The position numbers and the translations under genes were made by a program. The notes under the pieces were generated by a model. The model did not search any database and had not been told where the DNA came from. It saw nothing but the letters and a program-made list of their open reading frames with translations. Shown in pieces: positions 1 to 9,294 of a stretch of 35,883 nt of DNA. Within the stretch, counting starts at the first letter, position 1. Each line of letters begins with the position of its first letter. Source of the DNA: a virus (Duplodnaviria > Caudoviricetes); IMG/VR virus record IMGVR_UViG_3300032233_000359, positions 1 through 35,883 of that record, one strand, 5' to 3'.

Positions 1-1
1 G

Positions 2-124
2 GCGGCAGAACTTGCAGAGAAAATGCGCTGCCCTGAGTGCGATAGGCCAAGCACCGAAATCTACTGCGGGCCTGCGCCAGTTAACACATCCGCAAAACGT
101 GTTAAAAATAACGGAGAAATCTAA
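2..124 (+). CDS. 3' end of a small CxxC-containing hypothetical protein (partial)
   Basis: Read manually in frame 2: AAELAEKMRCPECDRPSTEIYCG...KNNGEI*. TAA at 122-124 lies just before the ATG at 126. Confidence 0.55.
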   Translation, partial: AAELAEKMRCPECDRPSTEIYCGPAPVNTSAKRVKNNGEI

Positions 125-125
125 C

Positions 126-431
126 ATGAGCGATGATCTTGTGAGGCGGCTGGAATGCTATGCCGACTTGAACGATGCCGTCTATCACCCATGGGTTTAT
201 AAGGAAGCAGCCGACCGCATCAAGAAGCTGGTGGAAGAAAACGGCGTTCTTTTCGCGGCCAATGTCCGGTTGAATAGCCGCGCTGATCTTGATTGCGATC
301 ATTATCGCGACCGCATTGAGAAGCTGGAGGCGGCGCTGAAGAAGATCGCACAACATGACATGCAAGCCATCGCAATGGACGCCTTGCGCCCCGGCGACCG
401 CATCCGCAAAGCACTGGAGGGGAAAGAATGA
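126..431 (+). CDS. hypothetical phage protein, coiled-coil
   Basis: ORF 12..431 restarted at ATG 126, which has GGAG upstream. Contains EAADRIKKL and DRIEKLEAAL. ATGA overlap with the next gene. Confidence 0.7.
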   Translation: MSDDLVRRLECYADLNDAVYHPWVYKEAADRIKKLVEENGVLFAANVRLNSRADLDCDHYRDRIEKLEAALKKIAQHDMQAIAMDALRPGDRIRKALEGKE

Positions 432-643
432 GATATTCATGCAGGGCCGTAGTCGGCCATGGGCAAGTCTGCGAACCAAACTATCAATGCGATGCTTGTG
501 CAGCCAAGCAGAAATACATGCCCCGCATCGAGAAGCTGGAAGCGGCACTGCGGGGGATCATCGTGCATTGTGAGGTGCCAGCACCGCCGAACGCTGAAGC
601 ATTAAAACTGTTTGCCCGCATTGCACTGGAGGAAACAAAATGA
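428..643 (+). CDS. hypothetical protein with Cys-rich N-terminus and RIEKLEAAL motif
   Basis: GGAGG RBS; ATGA coupling at both ends. Confidence 0.7.
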   Translation: MRYSCRAVVGHGQVCEPNYQCDACAAKQKYMPRIEKLEAALRGIIVHCEVPAPPNAEALKLFARIALEETK

Positions 644-765
644 ATGAAATCCTGATCACCATCATCTTGACCTGTGCCACCGTGGTCATTGCCTTTGGCT
701 CCGTATGCGCCATAATCTTTCTCTATGTCCTGCTTCGGGACTTCGTGTGCGAGGAGCTCCTATGA
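640..765 (+). CDS. 41-aa single-transmembrane protein (not in ORF track)
   Basis: MNEILITIILTCATVVIAFGSVCAIIFLYVLLRDFVCEELL*. GGAGG RBS; ATGA overlaps at 640-643 and 762-765. Confidence 0.65.
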   Translation: MNEILITIILTCATVVIAFGSVCAIIFLYVLLRDFVCEELL

Positions 766-1052
766 GACCAGACCCCATCATCAGGCACGGCTGGTACTGG
801 TCTTTTGGGTGGCTCCGGCGCCCGGAGTACGACACCGAGGAGATGTATTGCTACGAGGAGCCGGACGGCGAACTGTGGCTGTCCCCGAACAAGGCGATCT
901 ATCTGGACTGCCGCAGGTGCGTGAAGACCGGAGAGCTTTACTGCTCTCCTTGCGTCATCCCAAAGAGGCCAATGAACTATGATCCATCAACTAAATCCCG
1001 CGCTGCCAGTCGAGACGCCAAAGGGCAAAGCCCTATGCGTCGCATGGATTGA
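762..1052 (+). CDS. hypothetical protein, Trp/Cys-rich
   Basis: ORF 705..1052 restarted at ATG 762 (GAGGAG RBS, ATGA overlap). Its 3' end overlaps the next gene by 74 nt. Confidence 0.55.
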   Translation: MRPDPIIRHGWYWSFGWLRRPEYDTEEMYCYEEPDGELWLSPNKAIYLDCRRCVKTGELYCSPCVIPKRPMNYDPSTKSRAASRDAKGQSPMRRMD

Positions 1053-1173
1053 CTACGGGCCCGAACATCATCTGATCTGGGTCTGCTTCCAGAACGATTC
1101 CAGAGAGTGCTGGTGCTGGCCTAACCCTGACATCAGAGCCCAAACAAACCCAAGCATGGGGAGACCGCATTGA
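979..1173 (+). CDS. small phage hypothetical protein
   Basis: QLNPALPVETPKG...IDYGPEHHLIWVCF...ECWCWPNPDIR reads like a folded, phage-type small protein. Coupled to the next gene. Confidence 0.7.
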   Translation: MIHQLNPALPVETPKGKALCVAWIDYGPEHHLIWVCFQNDSRECWCWPNPDIRAQTNPSMGRPH

Positions 1174-1892
1174 TACACTTCATCTGGCTCACGCAGCCCG
1201 GCAGCAGGCCGTTCAGCTTCATCAACTCGCTGGCGGTGCTGGCGGCTGCCTCAAACCACCTTGAGCCCATCATCATGTGGTGCAATGAGGTGCCTCGCAA
1301 CAACCCCAACTGGTACATGGTGAAGGACCTGTTTGAGATAAGGCCCGTCGAGATGCCTGAGGAGATTGGCGGGGTGCCCCTGACTCAGATTCAGTACAAG
1401 GCCGACGTCCTGAGGCTTCAGATTCTCCAGAAGCTCGGCGGGATCTACCTTGACACCGACACTTTGCTTTTGAAGGGACTGCACCCCCTAATCGGGCCTG
1501 AGATGGTGCTGGCGCGGGAAAGTTCAGATTCGCTCGCCATGTCGCCGATCATTTGCAAGCCGGAGGCTGAGTTCATCAAAGTCTGGCTGGACCGGATCCC
1601 CAGGGCATTGGAGGTCGGGACGTGGGCCTACCATGCTGTAAATTTACCTGTGGAAATCTCAAAAGAAATACCCTGCGACATAAGACCGCAGGCTGAGTTT
1701 TTCCCTTTTGACCTCCGGCACAACTACCTTTTCGACGATGGCCGAGCAGACGAGCACATGCAACGCATGGGAGATCCCTATGCGCTGCATGTCTATGAAA
1801 CCTATTGGGCCGGGTATCTGGAGGGCGTGGACGAGTCCTACATGAGGACCCGCGATACGCTGTTTGCGAGGTTATTTAGGGACCTTGTTTAG
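1170..1892 (+). CDS. glycosyltransferase, GT32-like (DxD sugar-binding region)
   Basis: N-terminal IHFIW, then KADVLRLQIL..LGGIYLDTD signature and C-terminal YALH. TTG start. Confidence 0.85.
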   Translation: MIHFIWLTQPGSRPFSFINSLAVLAAASNHLEPIIMWCNEVPRNNPNWYMVKDLFEIRPVEMPEEIGGVPLTQIQYKADVLRLQILQKLGGIYLDTDTLLLKGLHPLIGPEMVLARESSDSLAMSPIICKPEAEFIKVWLDRIPRALEVGTWAYHAVNLPVEISKEIPCDIRPQAEFFPFDLRHNYLFDDGRADEHMQRMGDPYALHVYETYWAGYLEGVDESYMRTRDTLFARLFRDLV

Positions 1893-3849
1893 ACGAGTTG
1901 AGATAGTCGTTCACGTCTACCTTCTTCCCCGCCTCTTCTGCGATCATCCTGTTGAGCTGCTGCCCAGCACGATAGGCTAGCTTGCCGCTCTGCTCAGTAG
2001 GGGTCCTGACGAAGTTCTCGTACCGGCGAGCCCAATCAGCGAAGCCCTGCGCAGTGGCAGGTTTGCTCATGATCCGGGTAAAGCCGTTGGCGCCAGCAAT
2101 AGCCGCCAGCGTCTTGATGGGGCTGTGGATCATTGACGTGATCGTCAACCCGCCAAAAATGCCCTGGCTGGTGCCTGATGGGTTCCCGAACTTGTTGAGG
2201 TTCTTGAAACGCTCAGAGATCGTCGTCACATCGTCAAGCGCCCGAACCAGTTTTGGCTCATCCTTGAAGATCATCGCCTTGGCGCGAGGACTCAGTGCGT
2301 TGATGCCCTTTGCCCCGAGCCACCGATCAGGCGAGAAGTTCCCTTGCGCATCGCGCCCAAGCTTGGACAGGATCCCTGCCTGAAACGCCTTTAGCTGTTC
2401 GGGCTCCATGACGGTGATGGCGCGCTGCACCAGCTTGTTATTGGCCGAGCCCCCATCCTTTGAGGCGTTGAAGAGGCGATTGAAGATTTGCTCGTCGCTG
2501 ACAGCCTCTTCTCTTTTGCCGACGATCTTGGCGAGCTGCTCGCGCATCGCTGACATCTGCTGATACTGACGGTCAGCCTTCTGAAGGAAGAAGCGCGCAG
2601 GTGCGCCGCCAGCCTCCTCGGCGATGTCAAGCACGTCGTTCTTCAGGGCGCTGTAGAGCTTGTCCACATTGGCGTCTTTGACGCCCTTAATCATGTTCTC
2701 AGAGCGGAGGTTGCGGAGCTCTGTGTAGAGCGTCTTCGCCCCATCATAGGTTAGCCCCTCGCTGGAGCGCACAGCGGGCATGAGCAAATCAATCGCTGGC
2801 GTCGTTCCCTCAAGCTTCGCGCTTGCGCGCTGGGCCATGATGTCAGCCACCGCGTTCCTTGTATTGTCCAAAGGCTTCATGGCGTTGGCGTTCTCAAACA
2901 GGCCCGCCACCTCGTCATACGCAGCCTTCGCCTTTTCGCGAACGCCAGACGTCATCCATCCCTTGATGCCGGTGCCGATCTTCTCCCCGGCCTGCTCAGT
3001 GGTCATCTTGGGGACCAAGGCGTCAACGGCGTCTTCAAGCTGCGTGATAGCTTTCTGCCTTGCGGCGGCGACAGGCTCGCCAGCCATCGGAATGCTCTCA
3101 GAGACCTTCGTGACGCGCTGAAGCGCCGGAGAATCGGTCACAGCATAGTAGGGCAGATCGACGCCAAGACGCTCGGCGGCCTGTATGGAGCCAGGAACGG
3201 CGGGTGCAGCAGCCTTCTCGGCAGGCGCAGCAAAGCGACCCAAGGCGCCGCCAAGTAATCCACCGCCGATGGCTCCGCTCTTGGCTGCCGCAAGGCGCTC
3301 CTCAAGAGTATTGCCTTCGCCAAAGCCCATAGCGCCGCCGTAGCCAGCGCCTTCAAGAGCGCCGAGCGCTGTCTTGCCAGCAAAACCTGTGGCGCGGCCA
3401 GCAAGGCCCATAGGAAGCGCCAGGGCGGGCAAGAACCCGCCGACCTGACCAGCTCTGTAGGCGCCGGGAGAGGCCTCCTTCGTGGCCTCTCTGACGCCTT
3501 CGCCGATGTCTTTCTCTTGAGCCATTGTGCGGCCACTGACCATTGAGCGCCCAAAGGCGCCAATGTCCTCGCCAAACGGCAAGGTGGACATTACACCAAC
3601 CCCGAGGGGGTCTGACTTGGGCTTCATGACTCGCTCAGTGGCGCCCGTAGCCGCACCGTCCGGGCCATAGACCGGCATTTCAATATATTCAGGCTCAGCC
3701 ATCTGCGCCTGCCTGACGCGCTGCCTGCCCTCTTCGCGAAGCTTCTCGCGCTCGGTCATGGGTTCAGCGGTATCAGCCAAAAATTTGTCTGGATTGAAAC
3801 CGCCAGTTTCAGCCAGAAACTTGTCTGGGTTGAAGGCTGTTTCAGCCAT
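1876..3849 (-). CDS. putative large ejection/internal virion protein
   Basis: 657 aa, last late gene. Tandem FNPDKFLA at the N-terminus, a Gly/Ala hydrophobic segment, then a helical body. Position is typical of podovirus ejection proteins. Confidence 0.6.
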   Translation of the reverse strand: MAETAFNPDKFLAETGGFNPDKFLADTAEPMTEREKLREEGRQRVRQAQMAEPEYIEMPVYGPDGAATGATERVMKPKSDPLGVGVMSTLPFGEDIGAFGRSMVSGRTMAQEKDIGEGVREATKEASPGAYRAGQVGGFLPALALPMGLAGRATGFAGKTALGALEGAGYGGAMGFGEGNTLEERLAAAKSGAIGGGLLGGALGRFAAPAEKAAAPAVPGSIQAAERLGVDLPYYAVTDSPALQRVTKVSESIPMAGEPVAAARQKAITQLEDAVDALVPKMTTEQAGEKIGTGIKGWMTSGVREKAKAAYDEVAGLFENANAMKPLDNTRNAVADIMAQRASAKLEGTTPAIDLLMPAVRSSEGLTYDGAKTLYTELRNLRSENMIKGVKDANVDKLYSALKNDVLDIAEEAGGAPARFFLQKADRQYQQMSAMREQLAKIVGKREEAVSDEQIFNRLFNASKDGGSANNKLVQRAITVMEPEQLKAFQAGILSKLGRDAQGNFSPDRWLGAKGINALSPRAKAMIFKDEPKLVRALDDVTTISERFKNLNKFGNPSGTSQGIFGGLTITSMIHSPIKTLAAIAGANGFTRIMSKPATAQGFADWARRYENFVRTPTEQSGKLAYRAGQQLNRMIAEEAGKKVDVNDYLNSSKQGP

Positions 3850-5192
3850 TATTGAGCTCCCAATCTTTTAAGAATGGCGGCTGCGCGGGGGTCAGATGGG
3901 TTTGCTTTCGCCCAAGCAAGAGCCGCATCTGCCTCAGGATGCTTTGCAGGCGCACCAGGCTGCGCCGCATCGGCTGCAGGCATAGCCCCGCCCGGAGGCT
4001 TCCCGCCTGCGCGAGAGCCCTTTTCAATTTGCGCCTGTAACTCTCTGTTCAGGCTCTTGAACGTATTCAGGCCCGGAGCAGCATTGACTGCGTCCAGTCT
4101 TGGCAGGGAAGACGCAATGATCTTGCGCTCGAAGTCGGTGATCGCTCCCTGACCCTTCAGCTTTGCAGAGCGCCATAGTTCAAGATCCGCCATGGCTTGC
4201 TCGTAATCTTGGCGATCTTGCTCTGCGGTCGTCCCGACCCGAGCAGCCAACCATCTAGACCATCCCTCTTTGTTGCCTTGTATCGGGCCGATTGCGTCAG
4301 CTTGTTTGAGTTTATTGTAAGCGTCTTCGGCCCGTTTAAGGATCGGCGAGACCATCTGCGCCGTTTCAGCGTTTTGCTGCGCCGCAATGGACTCATCAGC
4401 GATCTTGGTGCCGATCCGCTCTTTGTATTTTTTGATGCCTTCCGGTCCAAGCGCTTTCACTGCTGGCGGGATTTCATCTTCTGGCGCCACTTTTGGGGCT
4501 TCTCCAAGCCCGGCTGCGGCTCTATCAACAGGCTTGATCGTGCCACGGGTGCCGACCAGCATGGGCTTGTCGTCTATGGTCTCAAGCTTGAACGTCTCGG
4601 CGCCCTTCCCTGTCTCAGAATCCTGCTGCGCCTTCATCAGGGCAAGCGTATCCGAGACCGACGGCTGGCCGGTTCCAGACATCTCCATGCCAAGCTTCTG
4701 GCGAGCAAGCTGAAGCTGCTGAAGCTGCTGAGCGCGCGCGCGTTGCTTCTCAGCCTCTTTCGAAAGAGGGCCAGCCATGGCCTCGCCAAGGTTCCCAAGC
4801 GTCTCGCCGAAGCCACCGCTGCGAGTAGGCTTTCCAAGCGCACCGGCAGCCTGGAAGAGCAAGGACGCTTTGTCGTAGCTGCTCATGTCCTGATTGCCGA
4901 GAGCACCTTCCTGCTGCTGCAACGAGGCCAAGTAGGCCTGCTGCATTTTCTGGCGCTCTTGAGCCTCCTGCTGGGCACGCGCATAGAGCTGCGCGTAGCC
5001 GCCGCCAAGGCCGTATGGGCTCGCAGAGAGGGGGCCAGCGGCTGTTGGCTGAGCTTGCGTGGCGCCTTGCGAAAGGGGTCCACCACTAGGCACACCGCCA
5101 GCGCCAGCGGCCATGGAGTTGGCCTGAAACTGCTGCATCCTCGCCTGAGAGACGGGATAGGACGGAACTTCTTCGTCTTCGATCACAGCCAT
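3849..5192 (-). CDS. putative ejection/internal virion protein
   Basis: 447 aa, Gln/Ala-rich and helical; coupled to its neighbours. Confidence 0.6.
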   Translation of the reverse strand: MAVIEDEEVPSYPVSQARMQQFQANSMAAGAGGVPSGGPLSQGATQAQPTAAGPLSASPYGLGGGYAQLYARAQQEAQERQKMQQAYLASLQQQEGALGNQDMSSYDKASLLFQAAGALGKPTRSGGFGETLGNLGEAMAGPLSKEAEKQRARAQQLQQLQLARQKLGMEMSGTGQPSVSDTLALMKAQQDSETGKGAETFKLETIDDKPMLVGTRGTIKPVDRAAAGLGEAPKVAPEDEIPPAVKALGPEGIKKYKERIGTKIADESIAAQQNAETAQMVSPILKRAEDAYNKLKQADAIGPIQGNKEGWSRWLAARVGTTAEQDRQDYEQAMADLELWRSAKLKGQGAITDFERKIIASSLPRLDAVNAAPGLNTFKSLNRELQAQIEKGSRAGGKPPGGAMPAADAAQPGAPAKHPEADAALAWAKANPSDPRAAAILKRLGAQ

Positions 5193-5194
5193 GT

Positions 5195-6190
5195 TTAACT
5201 CTTGGGCAGGAGGTTGCTAAGAGCCGCCGCGCTAAGGCCAGCACTGGCAAGCGAGGCAAGCGGCGATGCGGAGTAGGTATTGCCAAGCGATGTCGTGGCG
5301 CCAGATGACGTGCCGCCACCGGACGGCAACCCACGCACGACATTGCTGAGAAACCCAATCTGCTGCTGAGGATAGTCCCTCTGTTGTTGGAAGTCCTGAT
5401 AGGCCAGGTCAAGGTTCTTCTGGTTCAGGGCCTGCTGCTGGGAGCCAACAGCCTCCTGAGCCGCAGCGCCAGTCAGGCCAAGCGCCTGCTCCTTCTGCCC
5501 CAGGCCAGCTTGTACGCCAGCCAGAGCCGCCTTGTTGGCCTCCTCGGTGCCCGTGAGCTGCCCAGCAGCCTGGCCAATGGACGCCATGCGCTGAAGGTCG
5601 GCCTGAGCCTGCGTCCCGGCTGTGGTGTAGCCAGCAGCCAGTTGCTTGCCGATGTTCGCCTCAAGGTCGCTGGCGACGTCGCGGACACCGCGCTGGGCAA
5701 TCTCTTGCTGGCGGGTGGACCCAAACTGACCGGCGCGCGTGAATTGATCACCAATAGCCGGAAGGATTTTCTCCTGCAATTGGCGCTGGGCTTCGGTGCC
5801 CATCGTCTCAATGACGTTCTTCTGGTAAGGGTTCATATAGTTTTGGATGGTGCTCGGCAGCGTCTGGCCAGCTTGGCTGAAATAGGGCTGAGCTGCGCCG
5901 ATGGTGCTGAGACCACCTGCCTGTGTAGCCGTCTGTTTTGCAGCCTCAAGCTGGGGCTGATACGCAGTCGCGGCCTGCTGAGACGTCTGAAACGCAGCCT
6001 GCTGGGGATCCGTAAACCCAGCGATGCGAGGGCCGCCGTAGGGCTGATATTCTTGCTGAGCGGCGCTGTAGGCGCCAGACATGAGGTTGTAGAGGTAGTC
6101 AGACAGATACTGCGGAACCTGCGAGGTCGAAAGCGTGGAGCTCGTGGAGGGGAGGGGTGTCCCCTGCGTGAGGAAGTTCAGGAACGCCAT
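5195..6190 (-). CDS. putative ejection/DNA-pilot protein
   Basis: 331 aa, Gln/Ala-rich, with YMNPYQ and AGQFGSTRQ motifs and a hydrophobic C-terminal helix. Confidence 0.65.
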   Translation of the reverse strand: MAFLNFLTQGTPLPSTSSTLSTSQVPQYLSDYLYNLMSGAYSAAQQEYQPYGGPRIAGFTDPQQAAFQTSQQAATAYQPQLEAAKQTATQAGGLSTIGAAQPYFSQAGQTLPSTIQNYMNPYQKNVIETMGTEAQRQLQEKILPAIGDQFTRAGQFGSTRQQEIAQRGVRDVASDLEANIGKQLAAGYTTAGTQAQADLQRMASIGQAAGQLTGTEEANKAALAGVQAGLGQKEQALGLTGAAAQEAVGSQQQALNQKNLDLAYQDFQQQRDYPQQQIGFLSNVVRGLPSGGGTSSGATTSLGNTYSASPLASLASAGLSAAALSNLLPKS

Positions 6191-7524
6191 TATGCTCTCC
6201 CACCCATCAAATACTGCTCAGGCGCCCGCGCATCGGGGCTGAACTTGCCCTGCGACAGCGCCTTGCCCTTCTGCTTGCGGATATTAGCACGGAATTGATC
6301 AAGGCGCTGCGCCCCTGCCTTCGACGATCCGTCGCCAAGCAAAGCTACTGTCTCCGCGTCTAAAACGTATTCCCCGTCCGACAGCTTGGCGTCGATGCTG
6401 TCCGAGCGCCCGGTGCCTCCACCCTGCACATAATGGCTCAGGGGGCCGCCATGAGCTGCCTGAACCGGCTGCTGGGCAACGTCTTCGTAGTAGCGGTTTT
6501 CCTTCGCCTGCGGCCTCATCCCATAGTTGTAGTAATCAATGGGGCCAGCCAGGCGGGTGCGGTTGAGGGGCGCGGTCTCAAGACGGCGCGTCATGTTGGG
6601 ATCAGTAGGTGCGCCAGCGCCAGCAGGAATAGACGGCATCGCAGGTTGCTCAGGACCGCTGCCACCCATAAGGGCGCCAAGACCGACCGCAGTCACCGCC
6701 ATCTTGTTGGGGTCTGAAAGGTAGCCGGTGATGCCAGACATCATGCCGGAGCCCTTCGACGCCGCTTCTGCGGCGGGCGCAGCGCCTGCGGTTGAGACGC
6801 CTTCTATTTCTTTCAGCCTGTCGAGGCCCGCAGCCTCGCCAGCAGTATCTGTGCCGCCGAGCCAACTGGGGGCGGACCCAGACCCCAAATAATTGCCCAA
6901 AGCCGAAGCGCCAACCGTCCCAGCGGCGCCAAGAAGGCCGCTTGTCAACGCGCCCTTGCCACCGCCCGTCAAGGCGCCGATGCCAGCCGACAAGGCTGTG
7001 TTGCCAGCCAATGTGCCAAGCGTAGTGCCACCAAGGCCGCCGATGCCTGTAGCCTCAGCAAGCGTTGTGGCGCCCAGCGTTCCAGCCTCAGTGCCCAGCA
7101 ATGACCCGCCAAGAAGATCGCCACCACCAAGTCCGATTGCAGCCGTACCTACAAGCGCCGCCACAGGAGCAAACCAAGACTGTTTCCAGAACGGCGTAAA
7201 CTGCGGCATCCCAGTGTGGGGGTTGATCGTCGGCTCACCCCACTCTTGGCAGAGTTTCTTGTACTCGTCTTTGTTGATGTGGATGACCATGGTGTCGCCG
7301 CCGACGCCAGCGTCAGCCACGCTCTTGGCCTGAGACGCCAGGCCACCCTTGGCCATCTTCTCAATGTGCTCTTTGGGCGTCTTGATCTCAAAGGGCATAC
7401 ACCCCGCCCTGCCGCCCTTGGCGAACATGCTCATGGGGCTACCCTGATGCGCCGCATCAGCGGCGTCATTTGCCAAAGGGGTCCAGTCAGCGGGATAGTC
7501 GGGGTAATTAATCATCTCAGCCAC
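6190..7524 (-). CDS. putative internal virion protein with glycine-zipper region and xAxGG motifs
   Basis: 444 aa. Contains GDTMVIHIN...TINPHTGMPQF, Gly-rich hydrophobic stretches and GTGRSDSIDAKLSDGEYV. Confidence 0.6.
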   Translation of the reverse strand: MAEMINYPDYPADWTPLANDAADAAHQGSPMSMFAKGGRAGCMPFEIKTPKEHIEKMAKGGLASQAKSVADAGVGGDTMVIHINKDEYKKLCQEWGEPTINPHTGMPQFTPFWKQSWFAPVAALVGTAAIGLGGGDLLGGSLLGTEAGTLGATTLAEATGIGGLGGTTLGTLAGNTALSAGIGALTGGGKGALTSGLLGAAGTVGASALGNYLGSGSAPSWLGGTDTAGEAAGLDRLKEIEGVSTAGAAPAAEAASKGSGMMSGITGYLSDPNKMAVTAVGLGALMGGSGPEQPAMPSIPAGAGAPTDPNMTRRLETAPLNRTRLAGPIDYYNYGMRPQAKENRYYEDVAQQPVQAAHGGPLSHYVQGGGTGRSDSIDAKLSDGEYVLDAETVALLGDGSSKAGAQRLDQFRANIRKQKGKALSQGKFSPDARAPEQYLMGGRA

Positions 7525-7753
7525 CGGGGAGGTTTACAGCGCGGGTGAAGGCGAATGCCCATTCTTTCCAGTCAGTGTATTCCATGGGATTTGGGGGGTT
7601 CTGCGCTCCAACAGTGAAGAAAGAGACCACACCCAAAGCCCAAGTCTGCCATTTCTCGGGGTCATCCAGTCTAGAAATCGTACCATATTTCTCAAGACTA
7701 TATGTCATTGAGTCAGTCCAGTCAGCAACCGTCATGTGGCGTGGGTCGATCAT
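7517..7753 (-). CDS. hypothetical Trp-rich protein
   Basis: 78 aa, overlaps both neighbours. Confidence 0.7.
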   Translation of the reverse strand: MIDPRHMTVADWTDSMTYSLEKYGTISRLDDPEKWQTWALGVVSFFTVGAQNPPNPMEYTDWKEWAFAFTRAVNLPGG

Positions 7754-9294
7754 GACAAAACCGTCCCGTCGCCGACATCAAGGTGGGCAATACACTGGCC
7801 CATCTGATAGTTGCCGCCAACCGTGTTGGACGTAAAAATGAACCGCATTTCGCGCCGGATCTCCTTGAAGAAAATAACCTGTTGCTCAGGCGTCAGTGTG
7901 TTTTCCTGATCGGGGAAGGTTTTGGCCTCGCTTGTAACTTCAGGCGCCCTGGCGTTCGATCTGCCGGTGATCTGGCAAGTCATGTCGCCGGTCTGGATGA
8001 AGTCAGGCTCCACCATCAGGCAGCGCATCGACCTGTTGCGGGGCTGATTGGGATCCGCCACGAACGAAATGTCAGCCGTCTGAAAGTAGGACGGGATCGA
8101 ATTGATCTGCGTTCCGTCGAGCTCGTCATAACCGAACTCGTTCTGCCAGAGCTTGTAGAGGCCGCTGTCAGGGTCTGGATCGACGCCGGTCATGAAGGGG
8201 TACTCGTAGACGGTCACAAACTCGCCGCAAGAACGGCCAGATCCCGGCAATTGTGTGTCATACCATGTGTTTTCGCGCACATTGTAGATGACGGCGTGGG
8301 TGCATTCGGTGGCCTCGCCTCGAGGATAGCACCACCAAATCTCACCGAAACGCGGGACCTTGTAGGCAAAAACCTTTTGGCGCTGGTCATAGTTGAGGTT
8401 GTCAAAGAACCAGTTTTGATTGAGCTGGTTCGGGATCTCGCGCACGACACCGTTGAACATCAGGAAACGGTCAACGCCGACCCAGTAGAAGATTCCGTCG
8501 TACTCAATCGGCGACTGGGAGGACAGAATTGAGCTTTGCGAAGTCAGGGTGTCAAACTGAAACACCGGATCGCCGCCCACGAAGGTGCAGCGGATCAGGC
8601 TATCCAGAGACCAGAACAAGCCAGCAGGTGCGTTGCCGGGGCCTGCTCGCAGAGGTAGCGCAGCCACGATCTTCTGGCCTGTAACATAAGCTTCGCCAGA
8701 TCCAAGACCTGCCCAGTCGTTCGGGCTATTCGCCACAGACCATGCTACATAGCCATTGGAGCCGTAGACGAAGGTGTATGGGTACAAGCTGATGACGCCG
8801 CCAGAGACCGCAGGTGCGGTATTGGCGGTCAAGATCGTTGTGTCTGTGGCGAGGCCCCAGTAAAGGCCTGAGGTGGCGTCTGAGTCGATGGCGGCAAGGT
8901 TCTTGCCGGGATGCGCCAATAGATAAGCACCAGGCGTCACGCCGACCGAGTCGAACTGGCTGTCGAAGGTCCAGAGATATGTTGAATTGGCGGTGAAAGC
9001 TGATGGCGTCCGGTCATTCTGGCCGACGACGACGCCGTTGTTGTTGAGGAAGAACTGCGTGATGTAGCTCTGGCTGCCCGACACCAGATAGACGTGGGCA
9101 TTGTCGTTGTATGAGTTTAGGCCTCGAGAGATCTCTGGAACCTCAGACGACACAGAGCGGTAGCCACCCATCTTGCGGGGGAGGCCGCGCTGGAACCTGC
9201 ACCACTGGCCATCGACGTAGAAGCCATTCTCAAGGCGCGTTCCGTCGCGCTTGATGCCAGGCAGAGATTTAATGGTGTAGGGTTGTGGCGCCAT
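7750..9294 (-). CDS. tail nozzle / packaged-DNA stabilisation protein (P22 gp10- or T7 gp12-like role)
   Basis: 514 aa, beta-rich and aromatic, with PGIKRDGT, RFQRGLPRKMGG and FGEIWWCYP...AVIYN. Lies immediately before the ejection genes. Confidence 0.7.
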   Translation of the reverse strand: MAPQPYTIKSLPGIKRDGTRLENGFYVDGQWCRFQRGLPRKMGGYRSVSSEVPEISRGLNSYNDNAHVYLVSGSQSYITQFFLNNNGVVVGQNDRTPSAFTANSTYLWTFDSQFDSVGVTPGAYLLAHPGKNLAAIDSDATSGLYWGLATDTTILTANTAPAVSGGVISLYPYTFVYGSNGYVAWSVANSPNDWAGLGSGEAYVTGQKIVAALPLRAGPGNAPAGLFWSLDSLIRCTFVGGDPVFQFDTLTSQSSILSSQSPIEYDGIFYWVGVDRFLMFNGVVREIPNQLNQNWFFDNLNYDQRQKVFAYKVPRFGEIWWCYPRGEATECTHAVIYNVRENTWYDTQLPGSGRSCGEFVTVYEYPFMTGVDPDPDSGLYKLWQNEFGYDELDGTQINSIPSYFQTADISFVADPNQPRNRSMRCLMVEPDFIQTGDMTCQITGRSNARAPEVTSEAKTFPDQENTLTPEQQVIFFKEIRREMRFIFTSNTVGGNYQMGQCIAHLDVGDGTVLS

